This document shows, one piece after another, positions 26,601 through 33,921 of a stretch of DNA of 37,343 bases. Position 1 is the stretch's first letter. Each line of letters opens with the position of its first letter. Position numbers and translations under genes: made by a program. Source of the DNA: a virus (lineage: Duplodnaviria; Caudoviricetes); IMG/VR virus record IMGVR_UViG_3300009506_000104, positions 1 to 37,343 of that record; one strand, 5' to 3'. Under the pieces are notes generated by a model. The model saw only the letters and a program-made list of their open reading frames with translations, did no database searches and had not been told where the DNA came from.

Positions 26601-28500
26601 TGACATACTAGAGTTCATTCAGAGTGAGAAGAATCTTAATATTGATCGTAATGATCAGATGAGATTAGTTAAACTGCTGAGGGCTAGGTTAAACCAAAGA
26701 GGTATGACAGGTCTTACGTCTTCATTTAGGAATGTAGCATTAACTACTGCTTTAGGCTCACCTATGAATGCTATAACTCAGGTAGGTGATCTTGTATGGA
26801 CTATATATAAGAATGGTATAGGGGCAACAGCTAAAGCTGTATTTGGTAATAAAGAGTTTACTAAAGATGATTTTGATTTTACACATGTACTTAAAGAGTT
26901 CGGTACTGATCAGAATGCAACTGGTCAAGCTCTTGATAAATTGCTATATGTCACTGGTTTCCAATGGATGGATCAATTTGGAAAGGAAGTCAGTATGCAA
27001 GCTTCTTTAAATAAAGCGAGGAGTATGACACCTGAAGCTTTTGCTAAAAAGTGGGGTGATGTATTCGGAGGTAGTAAGAATGCTAAAGAAGTACATAGCA
27101 AGATTCTTAAAGGTATTAAGGATGAAGATACATCTTTCTTTGTATTTAATGATGTAAGTGATTTCCAACCCATCTCACTCTCTGAGATGCCAAAGGTATA
27201 CTTAGAAGCTGGTAATGGTAGAATCTTCTACCTGCTTAAAAGTTATGCTATTAAATCTCTTGCTAATATTAGAAGAGAGATGAGAGACCCTAAGAGGAGT
27301 AAGACAGAGAACATATATGCTGCTAGTAAACTGGTTACACTCTTAGTCTTTGCTAATGCTAGTATCGATGAGATTAAAGATGCTATCTTAGGCAGAGATG
27401 ATGAAGAGGATTTCAGCGATAAACTAGTAGATAACTTACTCAACTTAGGCTTCATGTCTAGGTACACTACTGAGAAAGGTTTCAGAAGTGGAAAACCCAT
27501 CAAGGAATTTTTAGCTGATGTACTGTTACCCCCTGTTGCTATGGTTGAGGCTCCTCTTGTTGACATATATAATGCATCAACTGAGAATGAAAATACTTTT
27601 AAAACTAAAAGGTTGGTTCCTTGGTTTGGACAATTCCTCTACTCATGGGGAGAAGAGGGAGAGAAACAACACCTAAAGAATAGGAGAGAATATCTTAATG
27701 CAAAGATTAAAGAGAGTGTGGCAGACCCTAGTGGATTTTCTGAGACTAGGAAAGCAATACGAGAGTACAATAAAGAAGTACGAAAAGCCGGTATCAAAGA
27801 TATTAAACCAATTAAAGCACAAAACATCAAACGATTAAAGACTGAGGAAAAAAAGAAGAAGTTTAATATAGGACCAAAGGAGGCATATGGAAGGGAATTA
27901 ACTGACGAGGAGAAGTACGTTGGGTCAACCTACACTAGAGAACTAGTAGATGCATCAGTTAAAAGTAAACTGGTAAAAATACTAGGACAGAAAGGGGTAG
28001 AGGGATTCGAAACTAAGTTCTATGTACCTAAAGGATCTATTAAGAGTGGTGCTACTATAGCAAATGGGATTGACTTTGCGTATCAATCAAGGAATAAGTT
28101 TGCTAAATTAGGTGTACCTGATTATCTCTTAGATAAACTAGATAAGCTTAACCTCTATGGTAAGAAAGGTAAGGCAGCTATTAATGCTGTTAAACAATTA
28201 GATAAACAAGATATGTTATCTGAAGCAGAGGTAAACTATCTTGCTAATACAGTAACATATGACGGTTGGTATAAACTAGAGGATAAAGTAGGGAAGGAGA
28301 AGTGGGATACTTATTCTGAGAATCAGAAGATAGTAGCTACATCTTTATACCATATTTATAATGGAGCATGGTTTAAACATTCTTCGTATAGACAATTCTT
28401 AGATAGAGATTGGAAGGCATTAAAAGCTAACATGGCTGATTATAAAGACAAGAGTAAGGGTGTCAATAATAGACATCGCATCATGTCTAAATACTTATAA
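23653..28500 (+). CDS. Giant internal virion (polyvalent) protein with zincin-like metallopeptidase and C-terminal pesticin-like muramidase
   Basis: ATG at 23653 after GAGGT; HEIIH...EFLAQAFS; YFPR and helical core; C-terminal EG....YVP.....SGATIANGID. Confidence 0.8.
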   Translation: MATLQGCIRQHKLNISKADLKNISDRAAKFIEGDPKLTQRAAEVLAVEHHSDYLDNQYDSIVKQLDTKLKEVQQAHGGRNIKEYADIEKSIQDLLPKRRMEDTTQQLAKGVMEQEGVARGVSQTELQSLSLDNIKEKKEGVISSLAYNLNKGNVEASADIVDALSRNNVGKEEILSLLNKKGVEGAANKLDSAISYEKAPTQVSEVKVKAGTKKRTDRLKTISTALLEGDIDTALKATKEVKDPKDQKRDLLAAMKATLESNPALKNDSEFMSSLVKAQESLTTKKGEDHSGRSIKWESPTKELKTSSKGHMLLKMPDNEKAKRWELMTKSGRSLGFFSTSEAAMNSLEKDVRSRVDEAPTVTKRRTKQEKIDSGLIMSDVEKKADEEVTGFLKRSGNNAELAMSNFKEKYKGSKEEWVREAHAILMDEVQWQKWEEQKPGFPKNGYEAIEQASKAKLNKNKWINHLSRYILFSSEKDLKKIKIKATKGNSYHLDGVVYLNPKSGSAVKLHEIIHAITVQKLAAPENKALRTELLSLKEYAMQQLFTPQEIAALKTMNTSRAFKENYQKFEALDYNKRGLYYAFINEKEFLAQAFSEPIVRDALSQIKSNTPSKFSNLLQQFRDYIRRVLNFEGVENNAFEKLLSIVDDLQRSEYSARDEGSYGALEINEQYSKNRKILEKQLSRAPSSLKERIFDNSKTTWEKVKGLSEDLLEPVTESLRKIDPRFVTYLRKMENRENTKNREYAKKVRPFLNKLKDMNPVDRAELSLYLFNDKPQDNARAHKLLKDNSLLREYDKVKFVLDDIRKRQKEVGINLYKTEKEDYFPRRVKDMDGLMDAVYNKYHKKDFQGPLASIVNDKKMSDATKKEKLSTIFNSGKYWEYAMKLPSSARDRSINRVEPEFLEFYHDVSTTLVHHIAENNSKIEGRVLLGGKEGNLKLQNKMNKLQERIEKYELQGKSTTDLEAQLVELQNKAENLDTFTDGDILEFIQSEKNLNIDRNDQMRLVKLLRARLNQRGMTGLTSSFRNVALTTALGSPMNAITQVGDLVWTIYKNGIGATAKAVFGNKEFTKDDFDFTHVLKEFGTDQNATGQALDKLLYVTGFQWMDQFGKEVSMQASLNKARSMTPEAFAKKWGDVFGGSKNAKEVHSKILKGIKDEDTSFFVFNDVSDFQPISLSEMPKVYLEAGNGRIFYLLKSYAIKSLANIRREMRDPKRSKTENIYAASKLVTLLVFANASIDEIKDAILGRDDEEDFSDKLVDNLLNLGFMSRYTTEKGFRSGKPIKEFLADVLLPPVAMVEAPLVDIYNASTENENTFKTKRLVPWFGQFLYSWGEEGEKQHLKNRREYLNAKIKESVADPSGFSETRKAIREYNKEVRKAGIKDIKPIKAQNIKRLKTEEKKKKFNIGPKEAYGRELTDEEKYVGSTYTRELVDASVKSKLVKILGQKGVEGFETKFYVPKGSIKSGATIANGIDFAYQSRNKFAKLGVPDYLLDKLDKLNLYGKKGKAAINAVKQLDKQDMLSEAEVNYLANTVTYDGWYKLEDKVGKEKWDTYSENQKIVATSLYHIYNGAWFKHSSYRQFLDRDWKALKANMADYKDKSKGVNNRHRIMSKYL

Positions 28501-28512
28501 TAGGAGTAAAGT

Positions 28513-28776
28513 ATGTTAATAGAACCAAAGACAGCTGCAGAAAATAAAGTAGTTAAAGTTAACAGTGGACAATCTATAAGTGTTAGAGGTACACTAGTTG
28601 CAGAGAATATCACCCTATCTATTCCTGATGGTGCAGGGGGGTGGGTTGCTCTCTCTATGGGAGGATCAGCAGTAGTCCTTTCTGCTACAGACAACCATCT
28701 ACCTTTCACTGGTAATATATTAGTGAGGGTAGAGAAACCTATAACCACTAACCTTGTGGGAGTAACCATAGTGTAG
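28513..28776 (+). CDS. Small beta-rich hypothetical protein, possibly structural
   Basis: SD AGGAG; 87 aa, Val/Thr/Gly rich. Confidence 0.7.
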   Translation: MLIEPKTAAENKVVKVNSGQSISVRGTLVAENITLSIPDGAGGWVALSMGGSAVVLSATDNHLPFTGNILVRVEKPITTNLVGVTIV

Positions 28777-28777
28777 T

Positions 28778-29116
28778 ATGATTATAGAGCCAATAGTTAA
28801 ACCAACCGAGAACGTAGGTGAGTGGGAGCTGGTTGAACCTATTGATAATTTCTGGTTATACTATATACCAGCAGGGTTTAGAACCGATGGTGCCAGTATC
28901 CCTTGGATAGTCCAACCCTTTATAAGGAAAGGAGGGAAGTTATTTGGACCTGCTGTTATCCATGACTACCTGTATCGTAATGGTATAGGTAGCAAGAGAA
29001 TGGCTGATAGTGTATTTAGATATGCTATGATTTTAAATGAAGTACCTAAGAGGAAGAGAGAACTTGTTTATACTGCTGTTCATCTATTTGGTGGACCAGC
29101 TTGGAAAGGCGATTGA
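28778..29116 (+). CDS. DUF1353 family protein
   Basis: IPAGFRTDGASIP...PAVIHDYLY...AD..F...M....V signature. Confidence 0.88.
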   Translation: MIIEPIVKPTENVGEWELVEPIDNFWLYYIPAGFRTDGASIPWIVQPFIRKGGKLFGPAVIHDYLYRNGIGSKRMADSVFRYAMILNEVPKRKRELVYTAVHLFGGPAWKGD

Positions 29117-29499
29117 TGGATTTAAAAGAAACGTTATCTATAGGAGCTGTAGTACTTACTTTCCTTGGGACTTCTTGGAGATATGGGTGGAAGCAAGGTA
29201 AACTTGAGAATGAATTAAACATTCTTAAGAAGAAAGTTAATGGACAAGTGTATCTAACTGAGGAAGCACATAAGGAGATGCAACAGTCATGTAGAGTAGA
29301 AATATATAGAGATATAGATGATCTGAAATTAAATTTTAAAACACTAGAAGATGCTATAAATAAGAAAGAAGATCGAAGGCTTATCGAAAGGAAGGAAGAT
29401 GAGGCGAGATGGAGGAGGATGGAAGATTCTATATTAGAAATAACAACACTACTTAAAGTTAGTATATTACCACACATAAAACAAAATATAGACAAGTAA
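29116..29499 (+). CDS. Membrane-anchored coiled-coil protein, possible holin/antiholin
   Basis: TGATG coupling; single N-terminal hydrophobic helix (TLSIGAVVLTFLGTSW) then coiled coil; last gene of the late arm. Confidence 0.5.
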   Translation: MDLKETLSIGAVVLTFLGTSWRYGWKQGKLENELNILKKKVNGQVYLTEEAHKEMQQSCRVEIYRDIDDLKLNFKTLEDAINKKEDRRLIERKEDEARWRRMEDSILEITTLLKVSILPHIKQNIDK

Positions 29500-29503
29500 A
29501 TAT

Positions 29504-29530
29504 AGGGGGCCACATTAGGCCCCCTTTTTT
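29504..29530 (+). terminator. Rho-independent terminator between the convergent arms, possibly bidirectional
   Basis: AGGGGGCC-acatta-GGCCCCCT followed by T run; AT-rich on the other flank. Confidence 0.9.
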
Positions 29531-29535
29531 ATTGG

Positions 29536-30228
29536 TTATTCTACAGGTTCTTCTAATACTTCAAACTCCTTCTCTTCAGGAGCAGAAGAGATTGTGGAGG
29601 TTGGGGTTGGACCACTTACTGATGGGCTAGAATCCTGTCCCATAGCAGTAGCGTGGTTCTCATTACTTACAGCAGATTTATTCATACCACCAATGGTGTT
29701 ACCCTCACCCATTTCAACAGTAGTATTATCTCCTGCTTCTTCAAATCCTTTTGTAAGTACTTTCTCTGTTACATCTAAACCTTTGAAACCTACTACAGTT
29801 TTCATTACAGCACCCGGTAATCCATTGACTACATTATCTGCTACATCATAACCATCCTTACCATAGTGAATAGCATTAATATTATGTGCTGTAGTATCTT
29901 TAATGTTAGTTATCGCAATCACTCTTGTAGATTGTTTCCATGCTTTCACACCTTCTGAATCACCCTCATCTGAGGCAGTTGCTTGTGTAATAGCGTTAAC
30001 CTTAATCTTAATACCTTCTGCTGTAGCTTCAGCTACTTTAGTTACAGCGTTATTGTAATTAGTGTTCTTATCCCCTAGTGCCACATCCTCTACTACTACC
30101 TTTTTAACCTCTCCCTTTTCATTATATACTTTAGTTGTCTTACTTCCTGTTGTGGTTCCAGTTAAACCACACCCTGTCAGAAGTAAGATAGTTAATGGTA
30201 TGGCTAACCATCTTTTATGTGACTTCAT
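29536..30228 (-). CDS. Lipoprotein of unknown function
   Basis: Basic N-region, hydrophobic core and lipobox LLLTG-C (Cys20); SD AAGGAG. Confidence 0.8.
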   Translation of the reverse strand: MKSHKRWLAIPLTILLLTGCGLTGTTTGSKTTKVYNEKGEVKKVVVEDVALGDKNTNYNNAVTKVAEATAEGIKIKVNAITQATASDEGDSEGVKAWKQSTRVIAITNIKDTTAHNINAIHYGKDGYDVADNVVNGLPGAVMKTVVGFKGLDVTEKVLTKGFEEAGDNTTVEMGEGNTIGGMNKSAVSNENHATAMGQDSSPSVSGPTPTSTISSAPEEKEFEVLEEPVE

Positions 30229-30242
30229 ATTTCACGCTCCTT

Positions 30243-32291
30243 TTAAATGCATTTAGACCACCCACACTCAGGACATCTGTTACATCCTGATTCAAATATT
30301 AAACTACTTTCACATTCAGGACACCTCCCAAAAGGACTAGTGGTATCCTCTTTATACTTGTCTAACACTCTTGCTACCTTAGCAGGTATGTCTGATACAC
30401 TATTAGAAGATTTCCTTAACTGCTTCGTTACATCATCTAATGGTATGTTATATCTTAAAGCAAGAGAAAGTAACCTACTGATTGTACCCCATAAAGAGTT
30501 TTGCATTTCAGAAGGTAAGGTTGAAAATACTTCTACTGGTTTATCATCCTGTGTACAAACAGTAAAGTATACCTTATGTCCATCCCCATCTCTAAGTCTA
30601 TACCTAGTTGCCTCTAACTCCTCGTCTAGCACCAACTTGAGAGGAGTAGGGAAATCTTCTCCACACTCTCGTTCATCGAATCCACTAGATGTTTCGGGAA
30701 TGGTAGGCTGTGTTTCCTTACGTGTTCCAGACTCTTTAGATAAGACTTGAGCTTCTCTGCTTCCATCCCTATAGATCGTAATTCCTTTACACCCAGAGGA
30801 CCATGCGAGCATGTATGCGTCTTTGACATCTTGTATCGTAGCCTCCTTATTCATATTAATTGTTTTAGATATACTAGAATCCACATGCTTTTGTAGAGTA
30901 GCTTGCATAAGTATGTGGTCTTTCCAGTGTATATCCTGTGATCCTTTGAATAACTCTCTCTCTTCTAGATTAGTAGCTTCATCCCAATGGGAACCAGACA
31001 TTATCAACTCCTTTACTTCTTCTGATAACCACTTATTAGGCATACAAAACTCTGTACCATCTAGTACTGTCTTAAATGTGACAGGTGCATAGTAAGGCTC
31101 GCATCCTCCTGAACAATCTGCTATCATAGATAGAGTACCAGTTGGAGCAATGGTGGTTAGGTTAGCATTACGTCTTGGAGGAGTAAGGCACTTATCATTA
31201 TAAGCACTATAATTACCTTCTATTCTTCCTAACTTCTCAGACATATCACTAGCTTCATCTGCTATAGCTTCCATTACATGTGAGGCAATACCTCTAGCCC
31301 CCTCACTATCATAAGGGTACTTCAGTTGTATAAGAAGATCATGTAACCCCATTATACCTACACCAATCTTCCTAGTTTTATACATTGCTTCTTGACATTC
31401 AGGGATAGCATACTCTGATTTATCAAGAACCCTATTCATAAACAGTACTGCTGATGATGTTGTTTCAGCTAACTTTGCCCAATCTACTGAATCATGCTCA
31501 CTATCATAATGATTAGATAAGTTGATAGCTATAAGACTACATGATTCATATGGGAGTAAAGGTTGTTCACCACAAGGATTAGTAGCTACGATATCTCCTA
31601 GATGTGGTACGTTATTATACCCTTGTATAGTATCACCAAATACTACACCCGGTTCAGCAGAGGACCAAGCTCTTCTACATATCTCATCCCACAGTGGAAC
31701 CTCAGTCTTATTAGATACCTTATCCATGAAACTATCAGAGATTCTTACAGATAGGTTAGCATTCTCCATAACTCCCGGTTCATCCTTACAAGATATAAAC
31801 TCCCATACCTCTGGGTGGTCTACATCTAACATCATCATATTTGCTCCTCTACGTCTACCTCCTTGCTTAATGATTTCTGTTAAAGCATTCTGCCCTTTCA
31901 TAAAAGATAATGAACCAGAAGCTACCCCATTAGTACTTCCAACCTTAGAACCGTGAGGTCTGATGTTGGAAAAGTTTGCACCAACTCCACCTCCACTCTT
32001 AGAGATTAGTGCAGCATCTTTATAATATTTGAAAATACTTTCAATTGAATCCTCTACTGGTAGTACAAAACAAGCAGAAAAAGATTTAATGTCTGTACCT
32101 GCATTCATGAGGGTAGGTGAGTTAGGAAGGTAATCCATTCTAAGTAACATACCGTAGAAGTCCTCATACTCTTCTTTGGTAGTAGCAAAGAATGAACTTA
32201 CTCTTTCAACTAAGTGTTCCCACTTTGTTTCCCCCTCTAAGAAGTACCTTTGTTCTAAAACTTTTTGTGCTGTCTCTGTTAATATGGTCAA
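30243..32291 (-). CDS. nrdJ: Class II (adenosylcobalamin-dependent) ribonucleotide reductase
   Basis: PNSPTLMNAG, SACFV, GGGVG, QGGRRRGANM, TNPCGEQPL, TIAPTGT, SISKTIN, KGITIYRDGSR, C-terminal TSCPD-like domain and CPEC...GC..CPECGWSKC ribbon; no adjacent nrdB. Confidence 0.93.
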   Translation of the reverse strand: MTILTETAQKVLEQRYFLEGETKWEHLVERVSSFFATTKEEYEDFYGMLLRMDYLPNSPTLMNAGTDIKSFSACFVLPVEDSIESIFKYYKDAALISKSGGGVGANFSNIRPHGSKVGSTNGVASGSLSFMKGQNALTEIIKQGGRRRGANMMMLDVDHPEVWEFISCKDEPGVMENANLSVRISDSFMDKVSNKTEVPLWDEICRRAWSSAEPGVVFGDTIQGYNNVPHLGDIVATNPCGEQPLLPYESCSLIAINLSNHYDSEHDSVDWAKLAETTSSAVLFMNRVLDKSEYAIPECQEAMYKTRKIGVGIMGLHDLLIQLKYPYDSEGARGIASHVMEAIADEASDMSEKLGRIEGNYSAYNDKCLTPPRRNANLTTIAPTGTLSMIADCSGGCEPYYAPVTFKTVLDGTEFCMPNKWLSEEVKELIMSGSHWDEATNLEERELFKGSQDIHWKDHILMQATLQKHVDSSISKTINMNKEATIQDVKDAYMLAWSSGCKGITIYRDGSREAQVLSKESGTRKETQPTIPETSSGFDERECGEDFPTPLKLVLDEELEATRYRLRDGDGHKVYFTVCTQDDKPVEVFSTLPSEMQNSLWGTISRLLSLALRYNIPLDDVTKQLRKSSNSVSDIPAKVARVLDKYKEDTTSPFGRCPECESSLIFESGCNRCPECGWSKCI

Positions 32292-32359
32292 TCATTAACC
32301 CCCTTATAATATCTTATTAATATACTGAACACACTTACTCCTATTATAATTTCTAGCAT
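32288..32359 (-). CDS. 23-aa hydrophobic mini-protein (MLEIIIGVSVFSILIRYYKGVND)
   Basis: Starts 1 nt after the upstream stop and its TGA overlaps the nrdJ TTG start. Confidence 0.45.
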   Translation of the reverse strand: MLEIIIGVSVFSILIRYYKGVND

Positions 32360-32360
32360 C

Positions 32361-32489
32361 TTATTTCTTCTTCTTAGATTGGTTAGCTTTAATTGCTTTC
32401 AGCCTTTGTTCTGCTTCCTGCTTTGTTTGGGACTCACCTTTAACATTCCTTATTCCCCACTTTCCATTCTTCTTCTTGTATATTGGCAT
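32361..32489 (-). CDS. 42-aa basic protein (MPIYKKKNGKWGIRNVKGESQTKQEAEQRLKAIKANQSKKKK)
   Basis: Strong SD AAGGAGGT upstream; not in the ORF track (under 60 aa). Confidence 0.75.
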   Translation of the reverse strand: MPIYKKKNGKWGIRNVKGESQTKQEAEQRLKAIKANQSKKKK

Positions 32490-32562
32490 CTCTCATTACC
32501 TCCTTGTATTGTTCATAGATCTCTTCTATGTTGTTTAATATCTCCATCGCAATAATTTGTAA

Positions 32563-32997
32563 TCATTCAGCATATCCCCCTGTACTACCAAATCCACCCT
32601 CTCCTCTTTCAGTATCAGAAAGTTCTTCCACTTCCTCAATGTCACCCATATAAATAGGGACAACTACCAATTGAGAGATGGGGGTTCCAGCTTTAATTAT
32701 TCTATGTTCATACTGACTAGTATTAAATACGTTAGTTAGGATAGTTCCTCTATAATCACTATCTATCTTCCCGGGTATCTGTATACAATTTAACTTAGTG
32801 TTAAGAGATGATCTGCCATCAAGTAACCCCACATACCCCCTAGGAATCTCTACCTTGACTCCTGTTGAAATCAATTGAGATTCTAAGGGGTAGATATGGG
32901 TATCGTGTAAAGCCACTAAATCGTACCCTGCAGCACCCTCAGTGGCCTTCTTGAATATTGCTCCTTCTTCTAATGTGTATTTTAATTTCTTAGTAAT
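32563..32997 (-). CDS. dut: Trimeric dUTPase, probable ATT start
   Basis: All five motifs: AGYDL, GRSS, GKIDSDYRG, ISQL, RGEGGFGSTG. Motif 1 lies upstream of the GTG at 32916, so the real start is earlier; ATT at 32997 is 7 nt from GGAGG. Confidence 0.92.
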   Translation of the reverse strand: MTKKLKYTLEEGAIFKKATEGAAGYDLVALHDTHIYPLESQLISTGVKVEIPRGYVGLLDGRSSLNTKLNCIQIPGKIDSDYRGTILTNVFNTSQYEHRIIKAGTPISQLVVVPIYMGDIEEVEELSDTERGEGGFGSTGGYAE

Positions 32998-33503
32998 GAT
33001 AGTGCCTCCACTGTATAATTAATTTGGAATTTACAATCGTCAATAGCATTGTGTGCAGTGCCTACTCTAGTAAAATCATCTGGGTTTATTCCAGATAGAT
33101 AGACTAAAGTTCTTAAATCTCTAGCACCTCTATGAGATACTGGTGATTTCAATTTATATTTTCTAAAATGATTCCTCATTATTACGAAGTCAAAAGTAGA
33201 ATGACTCCAGATTCTATCTGCTCTTTTAAGGAACTCACTCAGTAGTAACCAAGAATATGTAGAATTAGAACCTTGTTCTTCTATTAGACCTTTCCTAGAA
33301 TCCTCGTCTTGTTGTAACCACCAATGTATAGTTGATACATCCATCGTGAAACCACCTTCCAGTTCCGACTCAACATCTACATAACGTAGAAACTCCTCCC
33401 CAGTTTCTCCAGTTTTCTCATCAAAGTAGATAGCGCCTATCTGTACTACTGCAGCATTAGGTGTGACACCAAAAGTTTCTAAGTCTAACATTACTGAGTT
33501 CAT
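32982..33503 (-). CDS. DEDD 3'-5' exonuclease (DUF5051 / Rv2179c-like)
   Basis: MLDLET, QIGA, TIHWW, FDFVI, RDLRT, HNAIDD..FQ motifs. Confidence 0.88.
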   Translation of the reverse strand: MNSVMLDLETFGVTPNAAVVQIGAIYFDEKTGETGEEFLRYVDVESELEGGFTMDVSTIHWWLQQDEDSRKGLIEEQGSNSTYSWLLLSEFLKRADRIWSHSTFDFVIMRNHFRKYKLKSPVSHRGARDLRTLVYLSGINPDDFTRVGTAHNAIDDCKFQINYTVEALSLLRN

Positions 33504-33676
33504 TCTTCATCCTCTTTCGTATATTTATCATTAGTCATTATCTGAACCATAAAATGTTTAAGAGCTTCTAGTGTACCAACTACATCCATAAGCGAGAAGT
33601 GATACTCTTCATTCACCCTATCTATTGTATCTTTTAATTCTAAAAATAGTTGTTCTTGATGTGTATTATCTATCAT
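33500..33676 (-). CDS. 58-aa hypothetical protein
   Basis: MIDNTHQEQLFLELKDTIDRVNEEYHFSLMDVVGTLEALKHFMVQIMTNDKYTKEDEE; ATGA overlaps at both ends; not in the ORF track. Confidence 0.75.
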   Translation of the reverse strand: MIDNTHQEQLFLELKDTIDRVNEEYHFSLMDVVGTLEALKHFMVQIMTNDKYTKEDEE

Positions 33677-33921
33677 TTATTATTACCATCCTCATCGATA
33701 TTAATATTATCACCCCTCTTAAGAATATCTCCTACACTTTTAGAGTACCCATGGTTAGCCCACCCTTGACCCTTCAGTATAAAGGTCATACTCTCCTGAA
33801 GTATCCTTACCATCTTACCACCACAAGAAGCACAGGATAAAGGGTTATCCCTTTTATCTACAGGTACTAATGCTTCCTCAGTGAAGCCACACTCTCCGCA
33901 TTTATAATCATAAGTTGGCAC
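33673..33921 (-). CDS. FmdB-family zinc ribbon protein
   Basis: GTG at 33921 after AGGAGG; MPTYDYKCGECG...CASCGG..MVR...FILKGQGW signature. Confidence 0.85.
   Translation of the reverse strand: MPTYDYKCGECGFTEEALVPVDKRDNPLSCASCGGKMVRILQESMTFILKGQGWANHGYSKSVGDILKRGDNINIDEDGNNK

Noticed and set aside
27876-27901. AAGGAGG-cat-ATG as an internal start for a free muramidase
   Set aside because: The ATG at 27887 is out of frame, only 3 nt from the SD, and reads MEGN-stop
28511-28800. Similar starts MLIEP and MIIEP in adjacent genes, suggesting duplication
   Set aside because: Similarity does not extend beyond five codons
1577-29513. Numerous minus-strand ORFs within the + arm (e.g. 1577-2071, 3609-4022, 16779-17099, 27243-27566, 28440-28769, 29046-29513)
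   Set aside because: Antisense shadows of well-supported genes, Ser/Leu-rich translations, no motifs or ribosome sites
873-32291. Introns or inteins in terL or nrdJ
   Set aside because: Both genes are uninterrupted and of normal length, with no intein splice motifs
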